Below the pieces are notes generated by a model. It was not told where the DNA came from. It ran no database searches and was given only the letters and a program-made list of their open reading frames with translations. A DNA stretch of 62,535 bases, the filler included, from Basidioascus undulatus (Eukaryota), in the NCBI GenBank assembly GCA_000826855.1. It is 7 parts of 7 records of this genome, joined end to end, with 100 filler letters (N's around TTAATTAATTAA, not from the genome) between each part and the next. Parts side by side here need not be neighbours in the genome. Positions count along the whole stretch, not along the records: positions 50,642 to 56,538 come from JTLS01001850.1; positions 56,639 to 62,535 come from JTLS01001851.1; 5 more parts are not named here. The stretch is one strand, 5' to 3'. Of this stretch, positions 50,642 through 62,535 are shown piece after piece; position 1 is the stretch's first letter; every line of letters starts with the position of its first letter. The translations under genes were made by a program, and so were the position numbers.

Positions 50642-53600
50642 CTCCCCTTCCGGGTCCTTCCCCAACCTCGCCCTCCTCGGCCCGACCTCCAGCGTCGCGC
50701 AGCAGCAGCAAGCGCAGCACCCCGAGTCCGACTCCTTCGCATACATCGAGACGCTCCTCGAGTCCCTCGCAGCGCTCAACCGCCTCCCCGACGCACTCGA
50801 CACGGTCGTCCAGCGCCTCCCGACGGAGCTGCACGCGCTCGTGGAGGCTACGGTGGAGGAGGTTGCCGCCCGCTCGGAGGGCTACGCGCAGGCGGGGACG
50901 GCCGTGGGTGCCGCGGTCAGGCCCAGTGCGGCGAGGGTCGGCGAGGGACTGGGCCCCAAGGGAGAGGAGGCTGGCGCGGAGACGATGCGCGATCTGTTTT
51001 GGACGGTTTTCGCCAAGCTCGATGCGGTTATGCAGGGACATCGCGTCGTGCATGAGGTCGCGAGAAGGATCGGGATGGTGAGTCGGGTTTTTTTCTCGGA
51101 CTTGGGAGGGGTCGTTTCTGGGTGCGGTGACTGATTTGGGTACGGGGGCGGAGCAGCGCCGGCAATTTGGGGATGGGCGAGGAGTTACGTACCCGCTCGT
51201 GGAGGTGTGGAAGCCTGTACAAGCCGAGGTGCGTGTTCGCTTTGCTTTCGCGGTCGGGAACGCCGTGACTGATGGGTGATGGATGCGGGGGATCAGGTCC
51301 GCTCGCTCCTGAACGACTACCTCACGGACGACTCGCGCGGCGCGTCGAGTGCGCGCAACTTGATTGCGTCTGTGAATGACGTTTTGCGCGATGGCGGTCT
51401 GGCGAGGGACCGGCAGAAGGTGGGTTGCTTTCCCCCTTCTCACCCTTATCGTATTCTTGTGCAGGAAGCTGAACTCGCGCTCCAAACCCCAGAGCCTCTT
51501 TAAGTTCGCCGACACCGACCCCAGGTCCTCTTCCAAAGCGCTCAAGCAACACGAAGACGCTCTCTCGCGCGTCCTCCTCGCCTCTCTCCCGGGGCTCGTC
51601 TCCAGCACGACCAACCCCTCCGACTCGCCCTTCGCGGCCTCCTCCCTCTCCGCGGTCCTCTCCGACAGCGGGACCGCCAACCCCTCCTCCTCCTCGCGGG
51701 GGTACCGCCTCCTCGCGCCCCCCGACGCATTCAACATCCCTGTCCTCTTCCAGCCCACGCACGCGTTCCTCCGCCGCGCGCGCGAGACCCTCCCTGGCGC
51801 GGCCAACGCCGACGAGGAGGGCGAGCTCGGCGCGTGGCTGGATGAGTTCGTCGATAAGGCGTTCTTGCCCCAGCTGCAGGAGAAGGTCACGGAACTGTTT
51901 AACCGCGCCGTGGCGGGCGCGGACGCATTCGTGGAGGAGTCTGTGAGGGAGAGCGGGCAGGGGAGACCGATTGTGAAGGTGTGCTTTCATTCCCCTCATC
52001 TTTACCCCTCTCCTCCCCCGCGCCCGCTCTCCAGGAAGAAGTCTGACATTGAACTGGACGCGGCAGTCCGTGTTCGGCCTCATCGACCTCATCGGGTACC
52101 TCTCGGAGATGCTGCGGTCCACGCCGTTCCACCGCGAGGCGTACAGCCGGTTGATCATCAGCGTCATCGTTCAGTACTACCAGCGGTGCAGCGAGCGGTT
52201 CCTCGGTGTGTTGCGGTTCTGTTTTACTTTCAACTATCACTCCCGGGTAGCTGACCAGCACGGGCGGACACAGACCTTGTCCGATTCGAGCCGACCGAGC
52301 TGGACGGGCAACAGCACCCCCCGCAATCGCAGGCGCAAGAGCAGAACGGCACTGCGTCCCCCGCGGGCGTCCTCGCCCCGCCGGACCTGAAGCTCGCGGC
52401 CAAGTGGGCGCAGCGCCCGGAGATCACCGTGTGCTTGTCGGAGTTGCTCGCGACGCCTGTGAGTGCTCCTCCGTCCTCTTCTGTCTTCTGCCTTGCACGG
52501 TTCGCATGTATGCGGGTATGGGGGCTGATCTTCGGAAATGGGGTGCCTCAGGCTACGGACGTCGATGCCAAGCGCGCGCGCTGCGCACAGGAGTCGCGCG
52601 TCGAGCTGGGCATCAACGATGCGGAGCGCGTCAAGCGCGCGGACCTTGTTTCCAGCAACAAGAAGATCGTCAGTTTGGGAAACCTGTACCAGAGCTTAGT
52701 GCGTTGTACCCCCGGTTTCTTTCCGTTGACCGTTGAGCTGATTACGGCGGGTGGTGGAATAGAAATGGTTCACTGCGAGGTTGGAGAGCTTGAAGACCGC
52801 GTCGGAGCAATTGCTCTCGCCCACGAGCGAGGATGGGCCTGGGTCGGCGGTGAGCGCTTTTGCCCTTCTCCGCTTGGATCGCAGTTGCTGATAGGACGGC
52901 GGGTGCGACAAGCCGGACCGGCGGCCTGTCTCACCGCCTTCAACGTCCACGGGTGCGGCGGACTTGCCGCTGACGCGGGATATGGTCATGTACGTGTTTG
53001 AGTGGACGGTGTTGTTAAGCTAAGGGCATTCACTGGACGATTGGGACGCGCAACACAGACCCTTCGAAGCTCTCCTCAAGACGTACCACCAGTTCACGGA
53101 CATGCTGCTCTTCACGTTGCGCCTCGAGGTCCGCTGCCGGACAATCCACTTTTTAGATCTGGCTTCGCGGGAGGTGCGCGGCCTGTTCTCGGAAAAAGAA
53201 GTACGCGGAAGATTGATTGACGGAGATGGGACGGGGATGCGTGCAGGGCAATTACCAGATCGAAGAGGAGGCCGCCGAGCCGGACCCTTCCATAGCGGAC
53301 CTAAATGCTGAGCTCAACGAGCTGGACGAGGCGGCTGCGTCCACGCTGACTGAGGACGAGCGGAGGTGCGTTCCTCGCGCTTCCCAATCGTCACACAACC
53401 GCTTTTTAGAAAGGGTGGAATGCTGACGAAATCTCTGTTGGGGATTCAGATTCCTCTTCGAAGGCCTCGGCCTCCTCATGGACCAGATGCTCGTCGCGTC
53501 GTCGCGCACGATCCGATTCGCGTCACGGCCCGGCGCGCACAAGATGCTGCGCAACATCCTCGCGCTCCAGCAGAACCTCAAGACGATCGTGGACACGCCG

Positions 53601-53976
53601 CTCGGCGTCGACTTTGTGCGCTCCAGGCGGTTCTGGGAGATGTTCTTGAGGGAGCCGAAGGTGCGCTTGGTGTCCTTCCCAGCAGACTTTTTTCTTTCCT
53701 GTGTGCGGTGGATGGGAGGTGAGGGAACGTGCGGCTGACAGTGGTGGTAATTTTCAGGACTGGCTCGAAGAGATCCGCGTCTCGCGCCCACTGTACTCGT
53801 TCGACGAGTACGAGTCTCTCCTCAAGCTGCAGTGCGGCATCGACCAGTCCAAGGACGCCGTGCTCAGCGCTGGAGGCGGCGGCGGCGCGGGCGCGATGAG
53901 CGACAAGCAGCGCCGCGCGTTCAACGAGAACTTGATCATGCTCCATCAGCTTGTTCTGGACGATGACTGGGACTAA
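50642..53976 (+). CDS. SEC8: Exocyst complex component Sec8, 5' end cut off by the contig edge
   Basis: PESDSFAYIETLLESL; QRLPTEL; LFWTVFAKLDAVMQGHRVVHEV; VWKPVQAEVRSLLNDYL; PDAFNIPVLFQPT; LFTLRLEVRCRTIHFL; KMLRNILALQQNL. Stop TAA at 53976. Confidence 0.92.
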
Positions 53977-54540
53977 GACGCGCGGTGGGTTAGTGGAGCG
54001 AAGGGGGTGAGGTGGTGTGCATCTGCTGCGATATTGTTTAAGGGCTTTGGGCTTATTTCGATTTCACTTGCCTACTTTCTTGCGGCGAGTCCTTGTGTTC
54101 GATATGCTTGCCTCAAATGCGCCGTGCAGGTCAGAACGTCCCGCTGCGAGGCGGTCGCGCTGTGGAAACTCGACTGCCCCTTGCAGTTGCAATCCGTCTG
54201 GGCGTTTTCCAACTCTTTTTGCACGGACCACAAGGGGGAGTGTCTGTTTATTGTTTGCTATCGCGTGCAGCTGCAAAACAGCACGTAAACCAATTGAGAC
54301 GCGACGCGAGAAAATAAATAAACCGCGCGAGGCGCGATTGTTGACCTTGACGCAGTTGAGGGAGCTTCCAAGCCTGCGGGACCGCTCCGCATAGAGTGCG
54401 CCCAAGCCAGCTTCTTGCCTTGCACCCACCATCATCAAATCCCAGATCCACCCCACGCTGCTGTTGACGCTCATTACCATCAACAACAGCGTCCAGTCCA
54501 ACATATACCTTCTCCCCTCACCCCGCCCTCGTCGCCCAGC

Positions 54541-56538
54541 ATGTCCGTGCCCCCAACGCCGGGCAAGGCGAGCCTCATGAGCACCCACATCCTCTTTAAC
54601 GAGCCCGCCTTGCACGCCCTCAAGCGGCCCCAGCTCAACCGCCTGTGCAAGCGGTACGGCCTGTCGGCCAAGGGGAAGGTGCGCGGATCGTCCTCAGCTC
54701 CTGCTATGTTCCTTGACGCTCATTATCTCGCACGGTCCACACAGAACGAGGACCTCATCGCCCGTCTGCAGGAGCACGCTCGGACGTTCTCATCCTCTGC
54801 CATCTTCGCCGCCGATGCCGCTGTTCTTCCGTCTGATGAAGGGGAGGACGGGTACGAGAGCCCCGTGAAGGCCGTGGGCGGGCGGGCCAGGCAGACGGAG
54901 CAGTGGGAGCTTGTGGAGGTGGATGAGGAGGGCGTGGACGACTTTGGGCCGGAGATGGATAACCAGGAGGGCAGCGTAAAAGGTGATCTTCCGAACGATC
55001 TGAAGGTCTCTGAAGGCTCGGTGGGCTGAATGAACAGCTTGGATGGGGTGGGATGCACAGACTCGACTACCACCTCCTCCAAAGCCAAGTCGACCATCCG
55101 CTCCTTCGCCTCCTCTATCAAGAAGAGCATCAAGACCAAGCCTGCCACCGCCTTCGACGTCCTCGCTCCCGCGTCCGACCCGCCTTCCCCCTCGCCCTCC
55201 CCGCGGCGCGAGGACCCGCCCCTGCCGGACATCCCGGGCGAGATTGGCCCCACGCGCCTCTCGTATCCCGCGTCCATCCACCCGGGCATGCACACGGACG
55301 AGACGATCCGGCTCGTATGCTCCCCTGCTCCGGCCTCGCCCTCCCCGTCATTCATCAATCGCCCTACTTCCCCGTCAGCCTCCCCTCTCCTGTCTCCCGC
55401 CGGACGCAACGCCACTGTAGCCACCACCCCCTCGATCTACCCTCCCCTCCCCAGCTCACCCAACACGACCACTGCCCTTCCCAGCTCCTTCCCCACCCCC
55501 GCTCCCATGCCCACATCCACCTCCGCCGCGTCCCTCGCCGCTTCCCCACCGCTCTTCCACTTCGGCAGCACCACCGCCGCCCCCGAAGTCTCGAATGCCG
55601 CCTTCACGGCAGTCATGGCCCAGCTGAACGCGCGCCTCGCCGCGAGCGGCGCCGCGCCGCTCTCGCCGACCTTCATGGCGCGCTCGGCAGCGAACACTGG
55701 CGAGGGGCCCGTCAGCCCCGTTCGCAGCGCGCTCAAGGACCTCGACCTTCGCAGCCCCGGACTCCGCGTGAAGCGCAAGTTCGAGGACGCACACAAGGAG
55801 GTGTTCGCCAAGTGCGTATCATCCTGCTCACTTCCGCCTCCCACGCATTCTCAGGACACATCCCTGACCCTGACCTGCGGGAATGCTCCCCGACAGGATG
55901 GACTCGATCGCTAACCACTGGTCCGTCCGCCCGCGCGCCGCTGCCGCAGCGACGAAGCCGGCCGACGAACAGCCGGGCCCGAACCGGAAGCGCACCAAGG
56001 TCGCGGCCGCCTCCGAGTCCTCGAGCGTCTCCTCCCGCGCGTCGGCGAAGGAGGCCGCCGAGAAAGCTCGCGAGGCGGAACGCGAGGCGATCCGCCGCCG
56101 GCTCGAGATGAACAAGCAGCGGCGGAAGTCGGGCGTTGGAGCGGGGCGCGGTATGTCCCTCGTACTTGCTATCATTTTCCACTGGCTTCAAGGTGGCTGA
56201 TGGACGGTGAGTCTTTGTTTGAGCAGGGCGTCCCTCGGCACGCCCACCCCCGCCGCTGCCTTCGCAGAACAAGTCCGCCGCGAGCGTCACGACGAGCTTC
56301 ATCAAGTCCTCCGTGAAGCGTCTCTTCGGCGTGGGCGGCTTGTCGTCCTCTTCCACCACCCCCTCCGCCTCCTCCGCGAAGCTCGCCGCAGCCGAGAAGC
56401 CCAAGGAGAAGCAGGCCGACGCCCCCAAGCCGAAGCTGCAGCTCAACCTCTCAGGAAAGCCCAGCCCCGCCGCCGCTCGCGCTCCTGTACGCCGCATCGC
56501 CCCGCGCCAAGCTGTCGTCCCCTGCTGCTTGCATCCGC
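54541..56538 (+). CDS. SAP-like-domain, Ser/Pro-rich protein with a NuSAP-like motif, 3' end cut off by the contig edge
   Basis: N-terminal ILFNEPALHALKRPQLNRLCKRYGLSAKGK/NEDLIARLQEH; spliced motif KRKFEDAHKEVFAK/MDSIANHW; basic helix EREAIRRRLEMNKQRRKS. Confidence 0.75.
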
Positions 56539-56638
56539 NNNNNNNNNNNNNNNNNNNNNNNNNNNNNNNNNNNNNNNNNNNNTTAATTAATTAANNNNNN
56601 NNNNNNNNNNNNNNNNNNNNNNNNNNNNNNNNNNNNNN
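56539..56638. other. Artificial contig-join linker
   Basis: N-TTAATTAATTAA-N, 100 nt. Confidence 0.98.
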
Positions 56639-58093
56639 GCCTGTGCTTATGGTTTTCGCGCTGACAGCTCTTTGCAGGGATTTGGGAACGTCTCCGTCTG
56701 GGATGACACCCACTGGTGCGTGATTTGTTGAGGAATGGTAACGACAGCCGCAGCTGATGTTACTTTGATCTAGGACATGGTGGTCAGGTGCGCCAATTTT
56801 TCCTTGGAAAGGCTCGGGCTCTGACGCACACGGTCGATCGGTACATCAACAGAGCCGGTGGTCAGCAGCATCATCGCTGTTGCCTGTCAAGCGTTTTTCC
56901 TCCACCGCTGCTGGCGAGTAACCAGGTCATGGATTGTGATCACCGTCGCAGGCGTTGGCATGGCTGCTGTGCGTTTATCTCTGCAACTCCTCACCATCCG
57001 CGAAATGCCGAACTGACAGTCAGATACGCAGGCGCTATCCTCCGGCGTTGCCTGCACCTACTACCTCTCCAAATTCGTTCGTTTCACGGCGTCCAACGCG
57101 ATCCAGTCCAAGGTCAGCGAACAAGTCTGCGTGAATCGGCAACTTACGCTAACACTTTATGCCAGGTGTCCGCGTCGATCTGGCTTGCAACGTCCACGGC
57201 TACCGACATCTTCATCTCGCTTTGGCTCGTGCTCCACCTGCGTAAACAGAAGCGCAAGGCGGGATTCAAATCCACCGATCAGGTCATCCGGAGCATCCTC
57301 AGCTTCACGCTTAAGACGGCTGCTTTGACCAGCGTTTGGGTCACTATCAAGTGCGTGATCAATTGACCTACTTGCAGTACCATCTTTTCAGCAACCTAAT
57401 GAAGTCTTCACAGCCTCATTCTTTACGCCGGAGTAACACACAATTTCGTATGGGCTATCTTCCAGGTGTGCAATTCCTGTCTCTGGTCGCGAAACTCGGG
57501 GGACTGAAGTTGACCGTCGAATCGCAGTTCAACATGGGGAAGATTTACAGGTACCTCGGTCCCGTGAGGCAGTCGTTCTAATTCTCGCTGAAACGGAGCT
57601 GTCACAGTCACTCCGTTCTATATACCCTGCTCTCTCGGGTTGACCTGCGTTCTATGCTTAACAACTCGAGGGTGCGCAAACCCGAAGACTTCACGGTGAT
57701 TACCGTCCTGACATACTCTCCCCCTCTCCAGGTCATTGCCAGCTCTTCTCGCGGACCCTCCGCAAACGTACTCTTCCCGCTCTCTCCAAGATGGAGTTTC
57801 ACATTAACTCACTACCTCCCGCTCAGCCCGACATCATGCTGTCGCGCACGCAGATCCGAGTGCGCACCGAGGTGCACCACGACGTCGAGTCGGGGGTAGA
57901 CAAGAACATCGCTGTCGTCGCGCCGTTCGAGTACGCCGCTCAGGCACGGACGTACATCACCGGTGGGGCGGGAGGGCCGAAGGACGAGGCAGCGATGGAC
58001 AACTCGCAGCCACAGTCGCTGTATGGGAGCGACCAGGAGATGGACGACCGGTCAACAACCACGCTGGCGAAAAACGGCGGGGCGCAGTCGTGA
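56639..58093 (+). CDS. DUF6534-family multipass membrane protein, 5' end cut off by the contig edge
   Basis: Spliced: DFGN; EPVVSSIIAVACQAFFLHRCWRV; IWLATSTATDIFISLWLVLHLRK; FKSTDQVIRSILSFTLKTAALTSV; MGKIYSHSVLYTLLSR. Many short exons. Confidence 0.8.
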
Positions 58094-59262
58094 TTTTCGC
58101 TCTGCATAGATTCATTGTCTTTCGGACTGCACTTGGCTTGCCCGGCGCCATGCAGGCGTGTTGCGAGGCCTCTGGAAGACAGAGCGAGAGGCAGTCCCGA
58201 CAAACGCTTTAAACGACTCCGCTCGGGCTGTGATCCCCGCCCTCAGCCTATTTGTTCCGCCCGGCTATTGCAGCTCAAAAAACCAACATCCGAGCTAAGT
58301 ATGTAAAGCAAAGACCGACAACGTCGAGAAAAGGCTGTCAGTTGATGAGGGCCCGGCGTAATAGTACTCCCAAAACGGTTTTTCTTGCTTCCGGGAATAT
58401 ACCATTGGCCTCTCAGAGACGGACAGGGATAATCTTTGTAAAGAACTGGCGGGTAGCGCAACTTGGGACGAGACGACAGGGGTCTCCCTTGTACGACGCG
58501 TTGTCTTTGATCCCTCGCGTCTTCCGTTTAGAAAACGTCCAACGGAGCTCTCTGGTCCCCCATCTTTCGGAATAGAAATGATAGGATTGAGCCCTTCAGA
58601 TAGCTTGATCATTGGAAGATGTTCTACGAACGCGACTGCACGATGTCGAGTGTGACTGCCGTGCGTTTCCTTTCGGGATCGCAACCGTTATGTAGGATGG
58701 AAGTGCCATACAGTATATTTTCAGGAAAGGTATACTTACCTCTGGATCCTGCGATGAAATACAGACAGAAAAGGTAGACTCACCCCGTAAGGTCGACGCG
58801 CAAGGCTAAAGCTGTTGCCGCTGTTTTACCATGGCATTGACATGGTGCGACATGAGCCCAATTAAGCTGCAGTTCATGGTGTGCAGTCTATCATCCTGTC
58901 GTTTGGAGGCTCAATTGTCTTTGAGGACGGCGTTGAAGCGAAGGCAGGACGCTCGGCGCTCGACAGCGCCTGTTCACGAAAGGTTCACGACACTGTGGTT
59001 GCAAACAACATCAAACACCTCCCTGCTTGACAAACGCCCCTCGGTTCCTGAATCTGATCCCTTGTGGACCCTGCGGCTAACGCTTTTGGGGCCGCCCGTC
59101 CGCGTCCTGTGCAACACAAAGTTGTGCTCCCGTGCGGTCACTCAAGAGATAGCAAATGGCTGAAGGCTGAGCTGTGCCTCCTCCCTCTCACCCTCATCGC
59201 CATCATCCTCATAATCCTCCCACCCAAGGCGTCTGCGTTGACAGCCAGCGCCCTCTCCGCCG

Positions 59263-61247
59263 ATGGGGCAACTCGGACTGCCGCTGCCGGTCTCTTTTCC
59301 GCTCCGATCCGTGTATCAGCGCGGTCTCCTTCGCCGGCTGCTCTCCACGCTCGCCTTCTTCTTGCTCCTGGCATCCATCCTCCACCGTCGCACACGGAAC
59401 ACATACTACCTCTATCCACGCTATGCCATCATAGTCCCTCAAATAATCCCATACACACACGAATCCACACCCTCCACGCCCATCCCGCACTTGTCCCTCC
59501 CCTTCGCTTCCCCAGCCTACCCGCGCTTCATCCCTGCCTTCCTCCTCCCCTCTCCACCGACCCACATTGTCCCTGTCTTCCCTAGACAAGTCGTCGTTCC
59601 CGATAATGCACCGAGAGCAGAAGAGATCCTCTTCGCCGTAACGACGACCCCCGGACGCGCGGAGGAGTTCAGCGCGCTCTGGGCGCACTGGGTGCGGGAC
59701 GGCGCGAGATGTCTCGTAGTCCTTCCGCCGCATGCGGAGGGGGAGAAAGACCAAGCGGAGGAGGTGAGGATTATGCTGAGGAGGAAGAGAGGGCTGGAGT
59801 GCTTAGTGTGGTCGAGTGAGGTGGACCATTACGAGACGCGGGTGTTGAGCATGCCCAGGGAGGCCGTGAGGGCTGCGAGGGAGATAGGCGCGGAGGTGAA
59901 GTGGCTTGTCATTGGGGATGAGTGAGTCTTTCCGTACATGAAATTCAAAGGCGCGGTGGAGAAGAAACGTAGAACGAGGCTGATCTGGAGTTTGGTGGGG
60001 ACAGCGATACGGTCTTCTTTGATCTCAGGGCGGTGAGGCGCATGCTCGCCAAGTACGATCCATCCCGAACTTTTCTCGGTGCGTTCCATGTGCTCTTCCT
60101 GTACCAAACCATTATTCATGACCAAGCCTCCTTCCACAGTCGGCGGCATAACCGAAGCCGAAGCGCAATTCGGTCCGCCCTCCCCTCCCCAACCGTTCTT
60201 CTCCCACTGCCCTCATTAGAAATCTATTCTCCTGGCATCCCAGGCGCCTTCGGACCCCAAGCCTTCGGCGGCGGCGGGATCTTCCTCTCGTCCGCCTTGA
60301 TGCGCCTCATGTCCGAGGCGTACCTCGCTTGCCTCGACAACGCGCGCGACGTCCGCGGCGGGGACGGGAAGCTCACGCACTGCGCTGCCCTGGCGATGGA
60401 CCGGGGCTGGGAGGAGGCGCTGAGCGTCGAGAGGGGGCTGCATCGTGCGTCACTCTGCCCATATTCTTGCTCACGGCTGTATATCAGCCGAAGAAGACGC
60501 TGGCTGAATGCGCGGAGACCCGGGAACACAGAATTCGACGTACCCGGCAACTCAGTTGGGTTCCTCCAGTCCGGCTTGTCCTTTGTCTCAGGCCACCACT
60601 TTATCGATTCGTGGTCGGACATAATCCCCAAAGTACCTCGCTATTCCCGTCTTCCCTTCTCCCACATCCCGCTCACCCCCGCCGACGCACCCAGCACTTC
60701 CCCCCGCATCTCTCCTCCGACATTTCCGCGCTGCACGCGCTCCTCAAGAGCGCAGAGTTCCTGGGCGCGGACAATCTGTTGAGGCGATTGACGTGGGAGG
60801 GCGAGGGCGGCAAGGGCGGGACGGTCCTGGGCGTGCTGGGGCATAGTGTCACGCGGTTCGGGAGCGTAGTTGAGGATGAGGACTGGGAGAGAGTCGGTGC
60901 GTGCTCTGTGCTTCTGTCTGTTTCTGGAGGTGACTGATCATTCGAGTGGGATGGGATGCGCGAGGACAGAATATACGTGGAGGTGCGCTGCGTTTTCCTT
61001 AATCAACCTCTTACTTCCCTAGGTACTTTTTAATCGAAGCTGACCCGGCCCTGAAATGCGCAGCTATGAGAATTACACCCTCGCCCAGCCATATTACCCC
61101 GCCACCCGCCCACAGCGCAAAGACAGGCGGGAGGAGTACTACATCCGGGACGTCGTGCTCTCTGCCGAGCAGGAGGGGGAGGCGACGTTTTGGTTTGAGG
61201 ATCGGTGGGGCGGCAGGTTGGGGGTTATTTGGCGGGAGGAGGGGTGA
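59263..61247 (+). CDS. Glycosyltransferase family 31 (Fringe-like), type II membrane protein
   Basis: N-terminal TM; ILFAVTT; KWLVIGD/DDTVF (DxD motif); MLAKYDP; QAFGGGGIFLS; GGDGKLTHC; GLHQFD; GFLQSG...HH. Confidence 0.87.
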
Positions 61248-62535
61248 GGTGGCGGTGTGGGAGGGGACGGGAGGGATACGGATTAGGACGTGGATGACAC
61301 GGACGGTGCGGATGATCCAAGATGAATATGGATGATACGGATAATAGTGCACTTGCGGGTGGCGGATGTGAATTGAGGTGGTGCAAGGCGTTCAGAAGCC
61401 CATCAGTCGGAAGATAGAAAGCGGAAGCCAGACCCGACCACGAGTTGCGTGCGGGCTCGGCCGAGCCTGCGCAACACCACAGCTATTGGGGACCACTGGT
61501 ATTTCTAAGATCTGGTTTCGCCTGCTGTCATTAATCTCTGATCGTGTCAGCCTCGTATCGACGAGAGGATGGGAAACCTGTCATTTTGTTACACTCGGGT
61601 GTACCGGGTATTACTGTTGTGTGCGCTTTGACCATGGACTCACGAATGCCACGGCCAACACGGTCAACATCCTTGCAAAGGAATCATTGCACAGGCTAAA
61701 GACGTGCGGCGCTCCCGAGTTGCCACGGAATCAGTACTCAATGGCCGTGATTGCGCAGCCGCATCCGAATTGCAGTGTGCCGACTGCCTCGTATGTATAT
61801 GCTTCATCAACATCAACCAGTCCCCCCAAGTCCCCCTCGACTGGTATGAAAAGAACACGAGATGGTGCTTCAAGGCTCCTGTACAACGTACTGTTTTGCG
61901 GCCCCCACCGGGTCGCACAGGGTCACAGGAGCCTGTTCATGTATTTTGACGCCCGTCCCTGCTGCGGGGCGTTCCTCCTGGTTCCTCCCGCCGTCTCGAA
62001 CTCCTATCCTTAAAATCTATACCCTTTCCTGGTCATATGTCTTCAACGTATGTTCTGAAACTCCCAGCCCAATATGCCGCCTTTCGAGGCATAAGAGAAG
62101 GCAGCGCAAGCATAAATCGAAGACGGGATGAGCTCGGGGGCTGACACGTGAGATTGGAACATTCGCCCGGAAACTAAACAAAGACGTCTCAGAGAGTGAG
62201 CGCCTCGGGGCGTTGCATAGAAATGTCAACAGCGTGGCTTTGGCTGTGTAAAATGATCAGAAAAGAAGTGTCCGGAAGCGGGTTGGTTTGTACAGTGTGC
62301 TGCTGGTGAGGCTTGATGCCGCGATCGAAGCGATTCATTTCGAGTTTCAGCTGAGCAGCACAGCCCGCGGCACGCCTTCCGCGCACACCGTGCACTCGAG
62401 GAGGCCAGGCTGGCCTTTTGAACCGAAGGCCGCAACTTCCTTTGCCTCTGACAACCCCCTTCTTTGCACCTCTGTTCCCCTCACCTTTGACGCCCTCATC
62501 TTGGCTCTGAAAACCCCTCACCAATCTAAGTCGTC

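Noticed and set aside
50586..51890. 434-aa minus-strand ORF
   Set aside because: Antisense shadow of SEC8.
61378..62535. ORF 61378-62013 and neighbours
   Set aside because: Non-ATG start, no codon bias and no recognisable motif; treated as intergenic.

Overview
This window is eukaryotic, not prokaryotic. It is GC-rich, intron-dense fungal DNA with many short introns and mostly GTGCGT/GTGAG/GTACG donors. The proteins look basidiomycete, and Pucciniomycotina yeast-like is an inference. It is an artificial concatenation of 7 contigs (about 5912, 5906, 5905, 5901, 26517, 5897 and 5897 bp) joined by 100-nt N-TTAATTAATTAA-N linkers, so gene neighbourhood across linkers means nothing. Recognisable genes: an MBOAT_2/wax-synthase-type acyltransferase, an arrestin-like conserved protein, EFG1, SPT7, a DUF1769 protein, a CUE-domain fragment, MesA/AFI1, coatomer alpha (COP1/RET1), a probable Zip2/SHOC1-like XPF-HhH protein, a phenol 2-monooxygenase-like flavoprotein, RPN3, a frameshifted DUF3455 gene, a LENG1-like last exon, an RNI-like LRR protein, SEC8, a SAP-like plus NuSAP-motif protein, a DUF6534 membrane protein and a GT31 glycosyltransferase. 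Best leads: a candidate fungal NuSAP, a candidate Zip2/SHOC1, a 1.18-kb non-autonomous TIR element with a 2-bp TSD and subterminal repeats, two places where back-to-back genes both lack their 5' ends, and several decayed accessory genes beside intact housekeeping genes. I found no CRISPR array, tRNA or rRNA, and no clearly new multi-gene system. All family calls come from motif recognition by eye; no database search was run.
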